Positions 16,121-24,154 of a stretch of 32,000 bases of DNA are shown here, in pieces. The notes under the pieces are model-generated. The model saw only the letters and a list, made by a program, of their open reading frames with translations, was not told where the DNA came from and made no database searches. A program made the position numbers and the translations under genes. Source of the stretch: Opitutia bacterium KCR 482 (GTDB lineage Bacteria; Verrucomicrobiota; Verrucomicrobiia; Opitutales; Intestinicryptomonadaceae). The first letter of the stretch is position 1; every line of letters begins with the position of its first letter. Location of the stretch: contig CP149973.1 of assembly GCA_029269845.2 (NCBI GenBank), positions 2,270,729-2,302,728 of the forward strand. Reading direction: 5' to 3'.

Positions 16121-17247
16121 CCGCGCTTTGTCCAGATTCCACCCGCCTTTTTTACGACCGCTTTCTTGATTTCGAGCATGAGCAGCGCCGACAGACAGCG
16201 TTGCACGTTAAGCCCCGAAAGCGACGCCGCAGTGTCGGCGTCGAGATTTTCGACGCTTTCGAAGCACTTGAAGACCTCCGCTTCGTCGCCCGACAGCCTG
16301 ATTTGCGGACACTCCGGCTCTTCCGGTTTTGCGGGTTCGGGGGCTGATTCGCTTTTGAGGTCGAAGGACAGCTGGTTCGAAAACGCGAGTTCGTCGATGA
16401 TGTCTTCGGGGCATGTCGCAAGGCGCACGCCGTCGCGGATAAGCGCGTTGCAGCCCCTGCTTGTCGACTGGTCTATGCGCCCCGGGATTGCGAAAACGTC
16501 GCGCCCCTGTTCGCCCGCGAGCCTTGCGGTAATCATGCTTCCGCCCTTGATGTCCGACTCTACCACGAGCGTCGCCACGCTAAGCCCCGCGACTATTCTG
16601 TTGCGAATCGGAAAATTCTGCCTGTCGGCTCGCGTGCCCAGCGGAAATTCGGAGACAATCGCCCCGTGCGAGACGAGCCTGTTGTAGAGGTCGCCGTTTT
16701 CGGGCGGGTAGAGGACGTCCGCGCCGCAGCCGAGCACCGCGACGGTTTTTCCCTTCGCCTCCAACGCGCCGTAGTGGGCGCAGCTGTCGATTCCCCTCGC
16801 CATTCCGCTGACTACTGTGAAGCCCGCCCGCGCGAACGACGCCGCAAACTTCCGCGCGGTAATCTGCCCGTAGACCGAGCAGTTGCGCGAGCCGATTATC
16901 GAAATGCACGGCGCGGAGAAGTCGCAGTCGCCGATGATGTAGAAGCCGACGGGCGGGTCTGGAATTTTGCGCAGCAGGGCGGGGTAGCGGGGGTCGTTGA
17001 AATGGATATACCTTGCGCCGACGGCGTCCATGCGGGCGCGGATTTTTTCGACGTCGATTTTGTCGCGGTTTGCGATTATCGAGTTTGCGGTCTTTTCGCC
17101 GATTTTCTCGACCTTCATAAGCTCGCTTTTGGACGCCGAAAGCGCGGCTTGCGGAGAGCCGAAATATTTGAGCAGCCGCATTGCCGATACCGCCCCGATT
17201 TCGGGAATCGCGCAAAGTTTTATATAGTATTTATAATCTTCGTCCAT
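16117..17247 (-). CDS. dprA: DNA-processing protein DprA (Smf)
   Basis: 376 aa. N-terminal SAM/HhH-like LLKYFGSPQAAL. Rossmann core SGMARGIDSCAHYGALEAKGKTVAVLGCGADVLYPPEN. C-terminal winged-helix region. Confidence 0.93.
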   Translation of the reverse strand: MDEDYKYYIKLCAIPEIGAVSAMRLLKYFGSPQAALSASKSELMKVEKIGEKTANSIIANRDKIDVEKIRARMDAVGARYIHFNDPRYPALLRKIPDPPVGFYIIGDCDFSAPCISIIGSRNCSVYGQITARKFAASFARAGFTVVSGMARGIDSCAHYGALEAKGKTVAVLGCGADVLYPPENGDLYNRLVSHGAIVSEFPLGTRADRQNFPIRNRIVAGLSVATLVVESDIKGGSMITARLAGEQGRDVFAIPGRIDQSTSRGCNALIRDGVRLATCPEDIIDELAFSNQLSFDLKSESAPEPAKPEEPECPQIRLSGDEAEVFKCFESVENLDADTAASLSGLNVQRCLSALLMLEIKKAVVKKAGGIWTKRG

Positions 17248-17581
17248 TTTTTCGAATTATGGGGGAAGTGTTGTTTATTTAAAGCAAATAATTCCGAAAA
17301 TGTGGCGGGCGGTTCAAAAGGCCTGCGCGGAACGCTTTTCGGACGGCGGAGGGAGGGGCGGAATCGCCGAATTTTTCGGCGCGGGTAGCGGAGGGCGCAT
17401 GCGCGGGTGTACCGCTTGGGCAATCGCGCGAAAGGCGGAAAATCTGAGCGAATGTTTGCAAACGCGCGTTCCGCTTTGCGAAAGCGCGGACATGCGCCGA
17501 CGGGGTATTTTCGCTGCGGCGGATTGCCGAAATCTTGGAAGTCCGCGCCGCTTTTAAGGGGCGGCTCGGCGGTGGTGGGGG

Positions 17582-17830
17582 TTATCTGTCGTCCGCCGCA
17601 AGGGCGTTTTCGGCGACTTTCGCGCATTTACCGCGCCTCGGCGCAGGGGCGCAGTTTTCGCCAATCTGCCTCGAAAAACAGTTTTTGCATTTTATGTATT
17701 CGAGCACAATATGGGCAAGGAACGCGCTGAAATTGCCGCCGAATTCCCTGTCCGCGCCTTTGTTGAGTATTTCGTCAACGTGAGGCGATATGGATATGGT
17801 ACGTCTGATGTATTTGTTCGTCTCTCTCAT
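17582..17830 (-). CDS. Possible small ribbon-helix-helix (CopG/Arc-like) DNA-binding protein with a C-terminal CxxC-x8-C-x8-C tail
   Basis: 82 codons. The N-terminal 46 aa fit strand-helix-helix (RRTISISP / HVDEILNKGADRE / NFSAFLAHIVLEYI). The 5' half is lower in GC and uses ATA/AGA codons. Palindromes lie just upstream. No SD and no homolog known to me. Confidence 0.4.
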   Translation of the reverse strand: MRETNKYIRRTISISPHVDEILNKGADREFGGNFSAFLAHIVLEYIKCKNCFSRQIGENCAPAPRRGKCAKVAENALAADDR

Positions 17831-17853
17831 TTGACGCCATATTTGCGTATAAA

Positions 17854-17884
17854 AATATTGAATGCAATATTAAAATAATATTTT
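17854..17884. promoter_or_regulatory. Candidate operator: two adjacent perfect palindromes upstream of the RHH-like ORF
   Basis: AATATTG-AATG-CAATATT (17854-17871) is followed immediately by AAAATA-A-TATTTT (17872-17884). They lie 24-54 bp upstream of the ATG at 17830, inside a 98-bp AT-rich spacer. Confidence 0.35.
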
Positions 17885-17928
17885 TAATTCGAACATGTGC
17901 TTATCTATTCATAATATATTGTGCATGA

Positions 17929-19602
17929 TTACGCAAGATATACCCGCTTAATTCCGCGTACGGAATTGATGCAGAAGATTTTGTCGGCGTTTTCGAGGTC
18001 GGAGGGAAACAGGGGTTTTTCGGCGAGTTTTTCGGACATTGCGCGGCGCATCACGCCGTCGAGAACTCCGCACGAAAGCGGCGGCGTTAACAGTTTTCCG
18101 TCTTTTTCGACGACTATGTTCGTGCGCGAACCCTCCGTGATTTCACCGCGCTCGTTGAGGATTAGCGCGTCGTAGAGGTTTTCGGCGGCGGCCTTTTTTG
18201 CGGCGGAATCGAACGCCGCGCGTTTTGTCGTTTTGTGGCGCAGAAGCGAGTTTCCAGAATCCACGCGGACGTCGGAAACCGCGATTTTGTCGGACGCGCA
18301 TTCGGAGAGTTTTCGGTACGAAACCGAAAGTTTGCCGCCGCGCGAAAGCTCGACACGCATTATGCCGTCGCGTTCGGGGACAATCCCTCGGAAGGCGTCG
18401 GCGTCGAACGCAAAGCCGAGCTCCCGAGCGGAGTTTTCGAGCCGCCGCGCGTGCAGTTCGAAGTTATGCGGAACGCCGTTTTCGACGCGCATTGTTTCGA
18501 GCAGCCCGAAGCGTCCGTTTATGAATTCCGACTTTGCGGCGGTCTCCGCGCGTTCGCCGTCGGCTGTGGAGTCCCATACGACCGCGCCGCCAACGCGGTA
18601 TTTGAAACGCGCTTCGCCCGCGCGGCGTTCGAGGGTTCTAATCGGCACGCTGCAAACGGTTCTTTCGGGCGAGAACAGGCAGATTGCGCCGCAGTACACT
18701 CCGCGCGACGACTTTTCGAGCCGCTCGATAATCCGCATTGTCGAGAGCTTCGGCGCGCCCGTAATCGACCCGCACGGAAAGATGCTTTCGAAGATGTCGA
18801 ATGTGCCCGCGTTCGGGGCGAGTTTTGCGGAAATCGTGGATGTCATCTGGTGGACTGTCGGCAGGGCGCGGACGTCGAACATGCTTTCAACCTCAACGCT
18901 TCCCGCGACGGAAACGCGCGAGAGGTCGTTGCGCATGAGGTCGACAATCATGAGGTTTTCGGCGAGGTTTTTCTCGTCGGTTTTGAGGAATTCGGCGTTG
19001 CGCTCGTCGGCTTCGGGCGTGTCTCCGCGCGGAACCGTGCCCTTCATCGGCGACACCGAAATTTTGCCGCATTCGATTTTGAAAAAAAGTTCGGGCGAAA
19101 ACGAAAGCGCCGTCAGGTGTTCGTTTTTCAGAAACGCGCGGAAGGGCGTGGGCTGGCGGGCGGCGAGCCTTTCGAAAAGCTCGAAATCGTCGGCGCAGTC
19201 GGTAAAGAGCGTGTTGGGGTAGGCGAAGTTGACTTCGTAGGTGTCGCCGGCGGCAATGCGGTTTTTGATTTCGGCTATCGCGGCGTCGTAGTCCCGCCGC
19301 GGCAGGTCGGGGGAGAGCGCGGCTTCGAAATTTCCCGACCTCGCCGACGGCTCGTAGCTGCGGAATCCGTCGAAGACTTCGAAATATGCGAGGGGCGCGT
19401 TCGTGGAGGCGTCGTTCGGCGCGTCGGGCGTCGGGCTTTGTTCCGCAAAGATTTTCCACGCCTCGTATTCGACGTATCCCAAAATGTATTTTTCCCTTTT
19501 CAGCGCGTCGATTTTTGCGAACATTTCGGCGAATTCGCGTCTGTTCCGCGCCTCCAAAACGGCGGTAGGATTTTCGAAAATTTTGTCGGAAAATATCTGC
19601 AT
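17929..19602 (-). CDS. pabBC: Fused aminodeoxychorismate synthase component I / aminodeoxychorismate lyase (PabB-PabC)
   Basis: Start MQIFSDKIF at 19602; the upstream 97 codons of the track ORF are P/R-rich junk. Chorismate-binding motifs: GDTYEVNFAYP, PELFFK...SPMKGT, IVDLMRNDLSRV, FPCGSITGAPK, RGVYCGAI. The C-terminal ~190 aa are class-IV aminotransferase-like (LLRHKTTKR, EITEGSRTNIVV, GVLDGVMR). Confidence 0.88.
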   Translation of the reverse strand: MQIFSDKIFENPTAVLEARNRREFAEMFAKIDALKREKYILGYVEYEAWKIFAEQSPTPDAPNDASTNAPLAYFEVFDGFRSYEPSARSGNFEAALSPDLPRRDYDAAIAEIKNRIAAGDTYEVNFAYPNTLFTDCADDFELFERLAARQPTPFRAFLKNEHLTALSFSPELFFKIECGKISVSPMKGTVPRGDTPEADERNAEFLKTDEKNLAENLMIVDLMRNDLSRVSVAGSVEVESMFDVRALPTVHQMTSTISAKLAPNAGTFDIFESIFPCGSITGAPKLSTMRIIERLEKSSRGVYCGAICLFSPERTVCSVPIRTLERRAGEARFKYRVGGAVVWDSTADGERAETAAKSEFINGRFGLLETMRVENGVPHNFELHARRLENSARELGFAFDADAFRGIVPERDGIMRVELSRGGKLSVSYRKLSECASDKIAVSDVRVDSGNSLLRHKTTKRAAFDSAAKKAAAENLYDALILNERGEITEGSRTNIVVEKDGKLLTPPLSCGVLDGVMRRAMSEKLAEKPLFPSDLENADKIFCINSVRGIKRVYLA

Positions 19603-19750
19603 GCTTTTTTGCTGAAAATAACGGACGAAAGGAATGGACGCGCCGCGCCTTTCTTGCAAGTTTTTTCGGGCGGATTGCGGAAAATGGCGCGGACGCAAAA
19701 AAAATCTCGCAATGTCGGCGCGGTTCGGAAAAAATGGCGGCTTTACTACG

Positions 19751-20494
19751 ATGAAAGGAAAAATTTTAGGCGCAATTTTGGGAGGACTCGCGGGAGGCCC
19801 GTGGGGGGCGGCTCTCGGTCTGGCGGCGGGGCACTTTTTCGACTCGGCTTCGTCCGCCACCGCCCGACGCGAAAACGCCTTTGCCGAAGGCATGCCCGCG
19901 CTTTTCTACGCCGTCGCAAAGCTCGCGAAAATCGACGGGCACATAAGCGACGCCGAAATCCGCGAAATAGAGCGCATTTTCTCCGACTTGAATTTTTCCC
20001 CGGAAATGCGCAAAAGGGCCATTGAATGCTTCCGCGCGGCGAAGTCGGACGGACTTTCGTTTTTCGACTCCGTGGAGCGGCTCGCCGACGCGTTCCCGAC
20101 TTCCGAAATGCGCCGCGCGGCGTTTGCGGTCTTGGCGCGGGTGGCGTTTGCCGACGGCGGCGCGAAGCCCGAAGTTGCCGAGGCTCTGCGCGGGGCGGCA
20201 AACCGCTTGGGCTTGGAATGGCATTATTTCGACGGCTCGCGGGGAGGCTCGAACGGCGGCGGCGCATCCCGCGAGGTTTCGCGCTCGGAGCTTTCCGAGG
20301 CGTACGCGGTGCTCGGCGTGGAGCCATCCGCCTCCGACGCCGAAATCAAGCGCGTCTACCGCGAAAAATGCAGGGAGCTTCACCCCGACATTCTCAAAAG
20401 CAAGGGAATAGGCGACTACGCCTTGAAGGCTTTGCAGGACGAACTCTGCCGCGTCAACGACGCATACTCTTTAATACAAAAATACAGGAAATAA
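19751..20494 (+). CDS. djlA: DjlA-type membrane-anchored J-domain co-chaperone (TM + TerB-like + DnaJ domain)
   Basis: Start MKGKILGAILGGLAGGPWGAALGLAAGHFFD, a Gly-rich TM segment as in E. coli DjlA. A central TerB-like region, a Gly-rich linker and a C-terminal J domain AYAVLGV....SDAEIKRVYR.....LHPD follow. Confidence 0.86.
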   Translation: MKGKILGAILGGLAGGPWGAALGLAAGHFFDSASSATARRENAFAEGMPALFYAVAKLAKIDGHISDAEIREIERIFSDLNFSPEMRKRAIECFRAAKSDGLSFFDSVERLADAFPTSEMRRAAFAVLARVAFADGGAKPEVAEALRGAANRLGLEWHYFDGSRGGSNGGGASREVSRSELSEAYAVLGVEPSASDAEIKRVYREKCRELHPDILKSKGIGDYALKALQDELCRVNDAYSLIQKYRK

Positions 20495-20496
20495 CA

Positions 20497-20820
20497 ATGG
20501 CTAATATGCTCGACAAATTCAAATCGGTCGCCCTCGAAGGCTACATCAGAAACAAATTCCCGCAGTACTTGGAGGGCGGCGACATCGGCGTGGTGCTTGA
20601 TACCGACGCCGCGAAGTGCTCGTTCAGGGCGACGCTCGCGGGCGAAAGCCAGCCGATTTCGGTCGAGGTTGGGCGTTTTGAAGTCGTCGAAAAAGACGGT
20701 CAAAAGTGCCTTAAAATAACGGAAATTTCGTCCGACCGCAAATGGCTGAACGCTGTTCTAAATGATAATTTAAAAGACCGCGAAATAAAAATTCCGTCTT
20801 TTATGGCTGATGCTCTTTGA
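20497..20820 (+). CDS. Hypothetical small protein (107 aa), tightly coupled to djlA
   Basis: ATG at 20497 lies 2 nt after the djlA TAA, with AGGAA 9 nt upstream. Natural composition. A strong terminator follows. No family recognised. Confidence 0.6.
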   Translation: MANMLDKFKSVALEGYIRNKFPQYLEGGDIGVVLDTDAAKCSFRATLAGESQPISVEVGRFEVVEKDGQKCLKITEISSDRKWLNAVLNDNLKDREIKIPSFMADAL

Positions 20821-20847
20821 GTGTCAATAATATATGTTTTTTATTTG

Positions 20848-20879
20848 AACGCCGTCCGCCAAAAGACGGCGTTTTTTTT
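20848..20879 (+). terminator. Intrinsic terminator of the djlA operon
   Basis: 9-bp stem AACGCCGTC (20848-20856) with GACGGCGTT (20865-20873), followed by T8. Confidence 0.82.
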
Positions 20880-20901
20880 GTAAAAAAATGCTTTTATTTC
20901 G

Positions 20902-20936
20902 GAAGCGAAAGTGCATAATTGCGTTCGCTTCTTTTT
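20902..20936 (+). terminator. Second terminator-like hairpin, or a leader structure, 33 nt upstream of the FadL-like gene
   Basis: GAAGCGAA (20902-20909) pairs with TTCGCTTC (20924-20931), with inner GCA/TGC pairs, followed by T5 (20932-20936). Confidence 0.5.
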
Positions 20937-20969
20937 ATTATGGGAAGCGTTTGCTAAATCTATAAAATT

Positions 20970-22256
20970 ATGAAAAAGCGAAATGTGTACGCGGGCGCGT
21001 TGATTGTCGCCTGTTGTGTATCCCACGGCGCGGGGTTCCAAGTTTTGGAACAAGGCGCGTCAAACATAGGCTCCGCCTTGGCGGGGGCTACGGCAAATGC
21101 GTCGTCCGACGCTTCCGCCGCATTCTGGAATCCGTCGGCAGCGATATTTTCCGAGAAAATCGGGGTCGGGGAAATAGACATGGAATCGGGTCTGAACTTT
21201 GTAGTGCCCAATTTCGAATTCCACAATCAGGGAACGACGGGCTATCGCGACCTCTATAATATGTCGGGCGGAGAGGGCGGCAATGCGGGCGAAATCGCCT
21301 ATGTTCCGAATTTCTATTCGGTCTACCGCTTCCACGAGGACTTTGCATTCACTTTTTCGACGACCGCAACCTACGGCCTCGAAACCGACTACGACGAAGG
21401 CTGGGTGGGCAGATACCACGCCCTCAATTCCGACCTCACAACCATCGACGTAAACCCGAGCCTTGCCTATAAAGTAAACGACTGGCTCTCGATTTCGGCG
21501 GGCGCGTCGCTCAACTGGATGCACGCGTACCTCACGCAGAACGTCTTCACGGGGCTTGGCTCGCCCGACGCAAAACTGCGCGTTTCGGGCGACGGCTGGA
21601 GCGCGGGCGCGAATGTCGGCTTTACAATCAAATACGCTGAGGGCGGCAAGTTCGGCGTCAGCTGGCGCAGCGAAGTCAGCCACGACCTCGGCGGCAATGC
21701 CGAACAAATCGTGCTTGGCACTTCGGCGTACAAACGCATCAACTGCGACCTCACACTGCCGCAGACCGTGAACGCGGGCATCTACCAGCGTCTGTGGGGC
21801 GACCTCGACCGCTTCGCCGTCATGCTCGACTATTCCTGGACGGGTTGGAGCGCGTTCGAATATCTCAACATCAAGTATTCCGACGGAAGCGGCACGGTCG
21901 GCGGGCGTTCGGTGTACGAAAACTGGAAGGACACTTCGCGCGTGGCGTTCGGCATTCACTACTATCCAGAGTTCGACAAAAACATGGTAATCCGCTTCGG
22001 CACGGCTTGGGATGAATCGCCCGTGCGCAACGCGTCGTTCCGCACAGCCCGCATTCCCTGCACCGACCGCGTTTGGTTATCATGCGGCTTGGGCTACCAG
22101 TACGACAAATTCAACTTCAACCTCGGCTACACATACATTCTGTTCCTCGAAGACCCCTCGATTAACAACGCAAGCCCGTCGGGCTTGGGCACCATGAAGG
22201 GCTATTTCACTGGAATGGCGAACGTAGTTTCCGTGCAGGTCGGCATGAAGTGGTAG
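20970..22256 (+). CDS. Outer-membrane long-chain fatty acid / hydrophobic compound transporter (OmpP1/FadL/TodX family)
   Basis: Signal peptide followed by [36 protein letters not shown], the family-typical N-terminal hatch. About 14 amphipathic strands. Aromatic C-terminus ...VQVGMKW. Confidence 0.88.
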   Translation: MKKRNVYAGALIVACCVSHGAGFQVLEQGASNIGSALAGATANASSDASAAFWNPSAAIFSEKIGVGEIDMESGLNFVVPNFEFHNQGTTGYRDLYNMSGGEGGNAGEIAYVPNFYSVYRFHEDFAFTFSTTATYGLETDYDEGWVGRYHALNSDLTTIDVNPSLAYKVNDWLSISAGASLNWMHAYLTQNVFTGLGSPDAKLRVSGDGWSAGANVGFTIKYAEGGKFGVSWRSEVSHDLGGNAEQIVLGTSAYKRINCDLTLPQTVNAGIYQRLWGDLDRFAVMLDYSWTGWSAFEYLNIKYSDGSGTVGGRSVYENWKDTSRVAFGIHYYPEFDKNMVIRFGTAWDESPVRNASFRTARIPCTDRVWLSCGLGYQYDKFNFNLGYTYILFLEDPSINNASPSGLGTMKGYFTGMANVVSVQVGMKW

Positions 22257-22374
22257 AAATTTCGGCGCGCCGCCCCGACCGACGCGCCGCGAAAAAAAGC
22301 TTTACAAAAGAGGCGCAAATTGCGAGTATCTTCGGGTGTTTTTGAATGAGACAACCTCAAAAGGACAAAACAAG

Positions 22375-22626
22375 ATGTCAGATATAGAACAAAGAGTAAA
22401 GGAAATCATCGTTAATCAGCTCAACGTAAACGAAGAGCAAATCACCCCCGAGGCCAGCTTTATTGATGACCTCGGCGCCGATTCGCTCGACACCGTTGAA
22501 CTTATCATGGCTTTCGAAGAAGAGTTCAAGGACCAGATGGGCGGGAAGGAAATCCCCGAATCTGACGCCGAAAAGCTCACGACTGTCGGCAAGGTAATCG
22601 ACTACATCAAGTCTAAGTCCGAGTAG
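22375..22626 (+). CDS. acpP: Acyl carrier protein
   Basis: Start [12 protein letters not shown]. Phosphopantetheine site [13 protein letters not shown]. 83 aa. The first 13 codons of the track ORF (from 22336) were discarded. Confidence 0.95.
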   Translation: MSDIEQRVKEIIVNQLNVNEEQITPEASFIDDLGADSLDTVELIMAFEEEFKDQMGGKEIPESDAEKLTTVGKVIDYIKSKSE

Positions 22627-22646
22627 GTCGATAATCTTTTTTCAGC

Positions 22647-22692
22647 CGACCCGTTTGCAACATTTTACTATTGTGAACGGGTCGTTTTTTTT
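22647..22692 (+). terminator. Intrinsic terminator or attenuator between acpP and fabF
   Basis: CGACCCGTT (22647-22655) pairs with AACGGGTCG (22676-22684), with a 20-nt loop, followed by T8. Confidence 0.68.
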
Positions 22693-22770
22693 GGAGCAGT
22701 CCGCCCCGCGCGGACTTGAAATACCGCGGACGCGCTCCGCGCCGCGGCGCAACGCAAACGGATTTTTTAT

Positions 22771-24012
22771 ATGAAGGAACGTATCGTAATAACCGGTATC
22801 GGCGTAATTTCCCCGTTCGGCGACGGTGTCGAAGCGTTTTGGGACGCCCTCAAAAACGGCAAAAACGGAATCGACAAAGTTTCGCTTTTCGACGCGAGCG
22901 AGCTGAACTGCCAAGTCGCCGCCGAATGCAAACATTTCGACGCAACAAAATACATGGACCCCAAGGAGGCGAAACGCAGCGACAGATACACGCATTTCGC
23001 GGTTGCCGCCTCCAAGCTTGCAATGAAGGACGCGGGGCTTGAAACGGGCGTCAACGTCAAGCCCGAACGCTTCGGCGTGATTATCGGCTCCGGCGTAGGC
23101 GGCATGGACACAATCGAAAAGCAGTCCCGCGCGTTTATCGAACGCGGGCCGAGGCGCGTTTCGCCGTTCATGATTCCGAACCTCTTGGCGAACATGTCGT
23201 CGGGGGTAGTGGCAATCGACCTCGGCGCAAAGGGCGTAAATTTCAGCGTGGTCAGCGCGTGCGCCACGGGCACGCACGCAATCGGGGAGGCAATGCTCCA
23301 CTTGCAGGCGGGTCGAGAAGACGTGATTCTTGCGGGCGGCAGCGAGGCGGCGGTAACCCCGCTTAGCTTCGCGGGCTTCTGCGCCATGAAGGCGATGGCT
23401 ACAAATTTCAACGACGAACCCCAGAGGGCTTCGCGCCCGTTCGACGCCGACAGATGCGGCTTCGTCATGGGCGAGGGCGCGGGCGTTCTCGTGCTCGAAC
23501 GCTACGACCACGCGGTCGCGCGCGGCGCGCACATCTACTGCGAAATTTCGGGCTACGGCGCAACCTGCGACGCCTACCACATCACAAGCCCCGACATCGA
23601 GGGGCGCGGGCTTTCGCAGTGCCTTATCCGCACGCTCGAAACTGCGGGCGTTCCGCTTGAATCGGTCGACTACATCAACGCGCACGGCACGTCCACGCCG
23701 TACAACGACAAGTTCGAAACCGCGGCAATCCGCAAGGTTTTCGGCAGCTACGCCGACAAGCTCATGGTAAGCTCTACAAAGAGCATGACGGGGCACATGC
23801 TCGGCGCGGCAGGCGCGATTGAAGCGGCGGTCTGCGCAAAGACAATCGAAGACGGCGTCGTCGCGCCGACAATCAACTACGAACACCCCGACCCCGACTG
23901 CGATTTGGACTATGTCCCGAACGTTGCGCGCGAGGCTGACGTGAAGATTGCAATCAGCACAAACCTCGGCTTCGGCGGCCACAACGGCGCGCTTCTCTTC
24001 AAGAAGATATAG
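22771..24012 (+). CDS. fabF: 3-oxoacyl-ACP synthase II (KAS II)
   Basis: 413 aa. MKERIVITGIGVISP, active-site SACATG, HGTSTP and GHMLGAAG motifs, and the C-terminal SNLGFGGHNGALLFKK are canonical FabF. Confidence 0.96.
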   Translation: MKERIVITGIGVISPFGDGVEAFWDALKNGKNGIDKVSLFDASELNCQVAAECKHFDATKYMDPKEAKRSDRYTHFAVAASKLAMKDAGLETGVNVKPERFGVIIGSGVGGMDTIEKQSRAFIERGPRRVSPFMIPNLLANMSSGVVAIDLGAKGVNFSVVSACATGTHAIGEAMLHLQAGREDVILAGGSEAAVTPLSFAGFCAMKAMATNFNDEPQRASRPFDADRCGFVMGEGAGVLVLERYDHAVARGAHIYCEISGYGATCDAYHITSPDIEGRGLSQCLIRTLETAGVPLESVDYINAHGTSTPYNDKFETAAIRKVFGSYADKLMVSSTKSMTGHMLGAAGAIEAAVCAKTIEDGVVAPTINYEHPDPDCDLDYVPNVAREADVKIAISTNLGFGGHNGALLFKKI

Positions 24013-24041
24013 CAAAGTTCCCGATTAAGCGGAAAACCAAA

Positions 24042-24075
24042 AGCCCGCGTTCGGTTTTCGAGCGCGGGCTTTTTT
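24042..24075 (+). terminator. Intrinsic terminator after fabF
   Basis: AGCCCGCG (24042-24049) pairs with CGCGGGCT (24063-24070), followed by T5-6. Confidence 0.75.
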
Positions 24076-24154
24076 GCGTTTTGTTTTGCGCGGGAATGCC
24101 CGCGCCGCTTGTCGTGGCAAGCTTCGATTCCGAACGCGGATTGCGGGGCGGCGG

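Noticed and set aside
18235-20025. 596-aa plus-strand ORF (and the 329-aa ORF at 18233-19222) antisense to pabBC
   Set aside because: It is antisense to a gene with clear chorismate-binding and class-IV aminotransferase motifs, and its composition is strongly biased (R/G/V/F).
22642-24015. 457-aa minus-strand ORF antisense to fabF
   Set aside because: fabF on the plus strand is unambiguous. The antisense product has no motifs and biased composition.
24088-24105. GCGCGGG-AATG-CCCGCGC hairpin downstream of the beta-helix gene's stop
   Set aside because: The T-rich run lies on the 5' side for the plus strand and gives an A-run after the hairpin on the minus strand. It therefore does not have terminator geometry in either direction.
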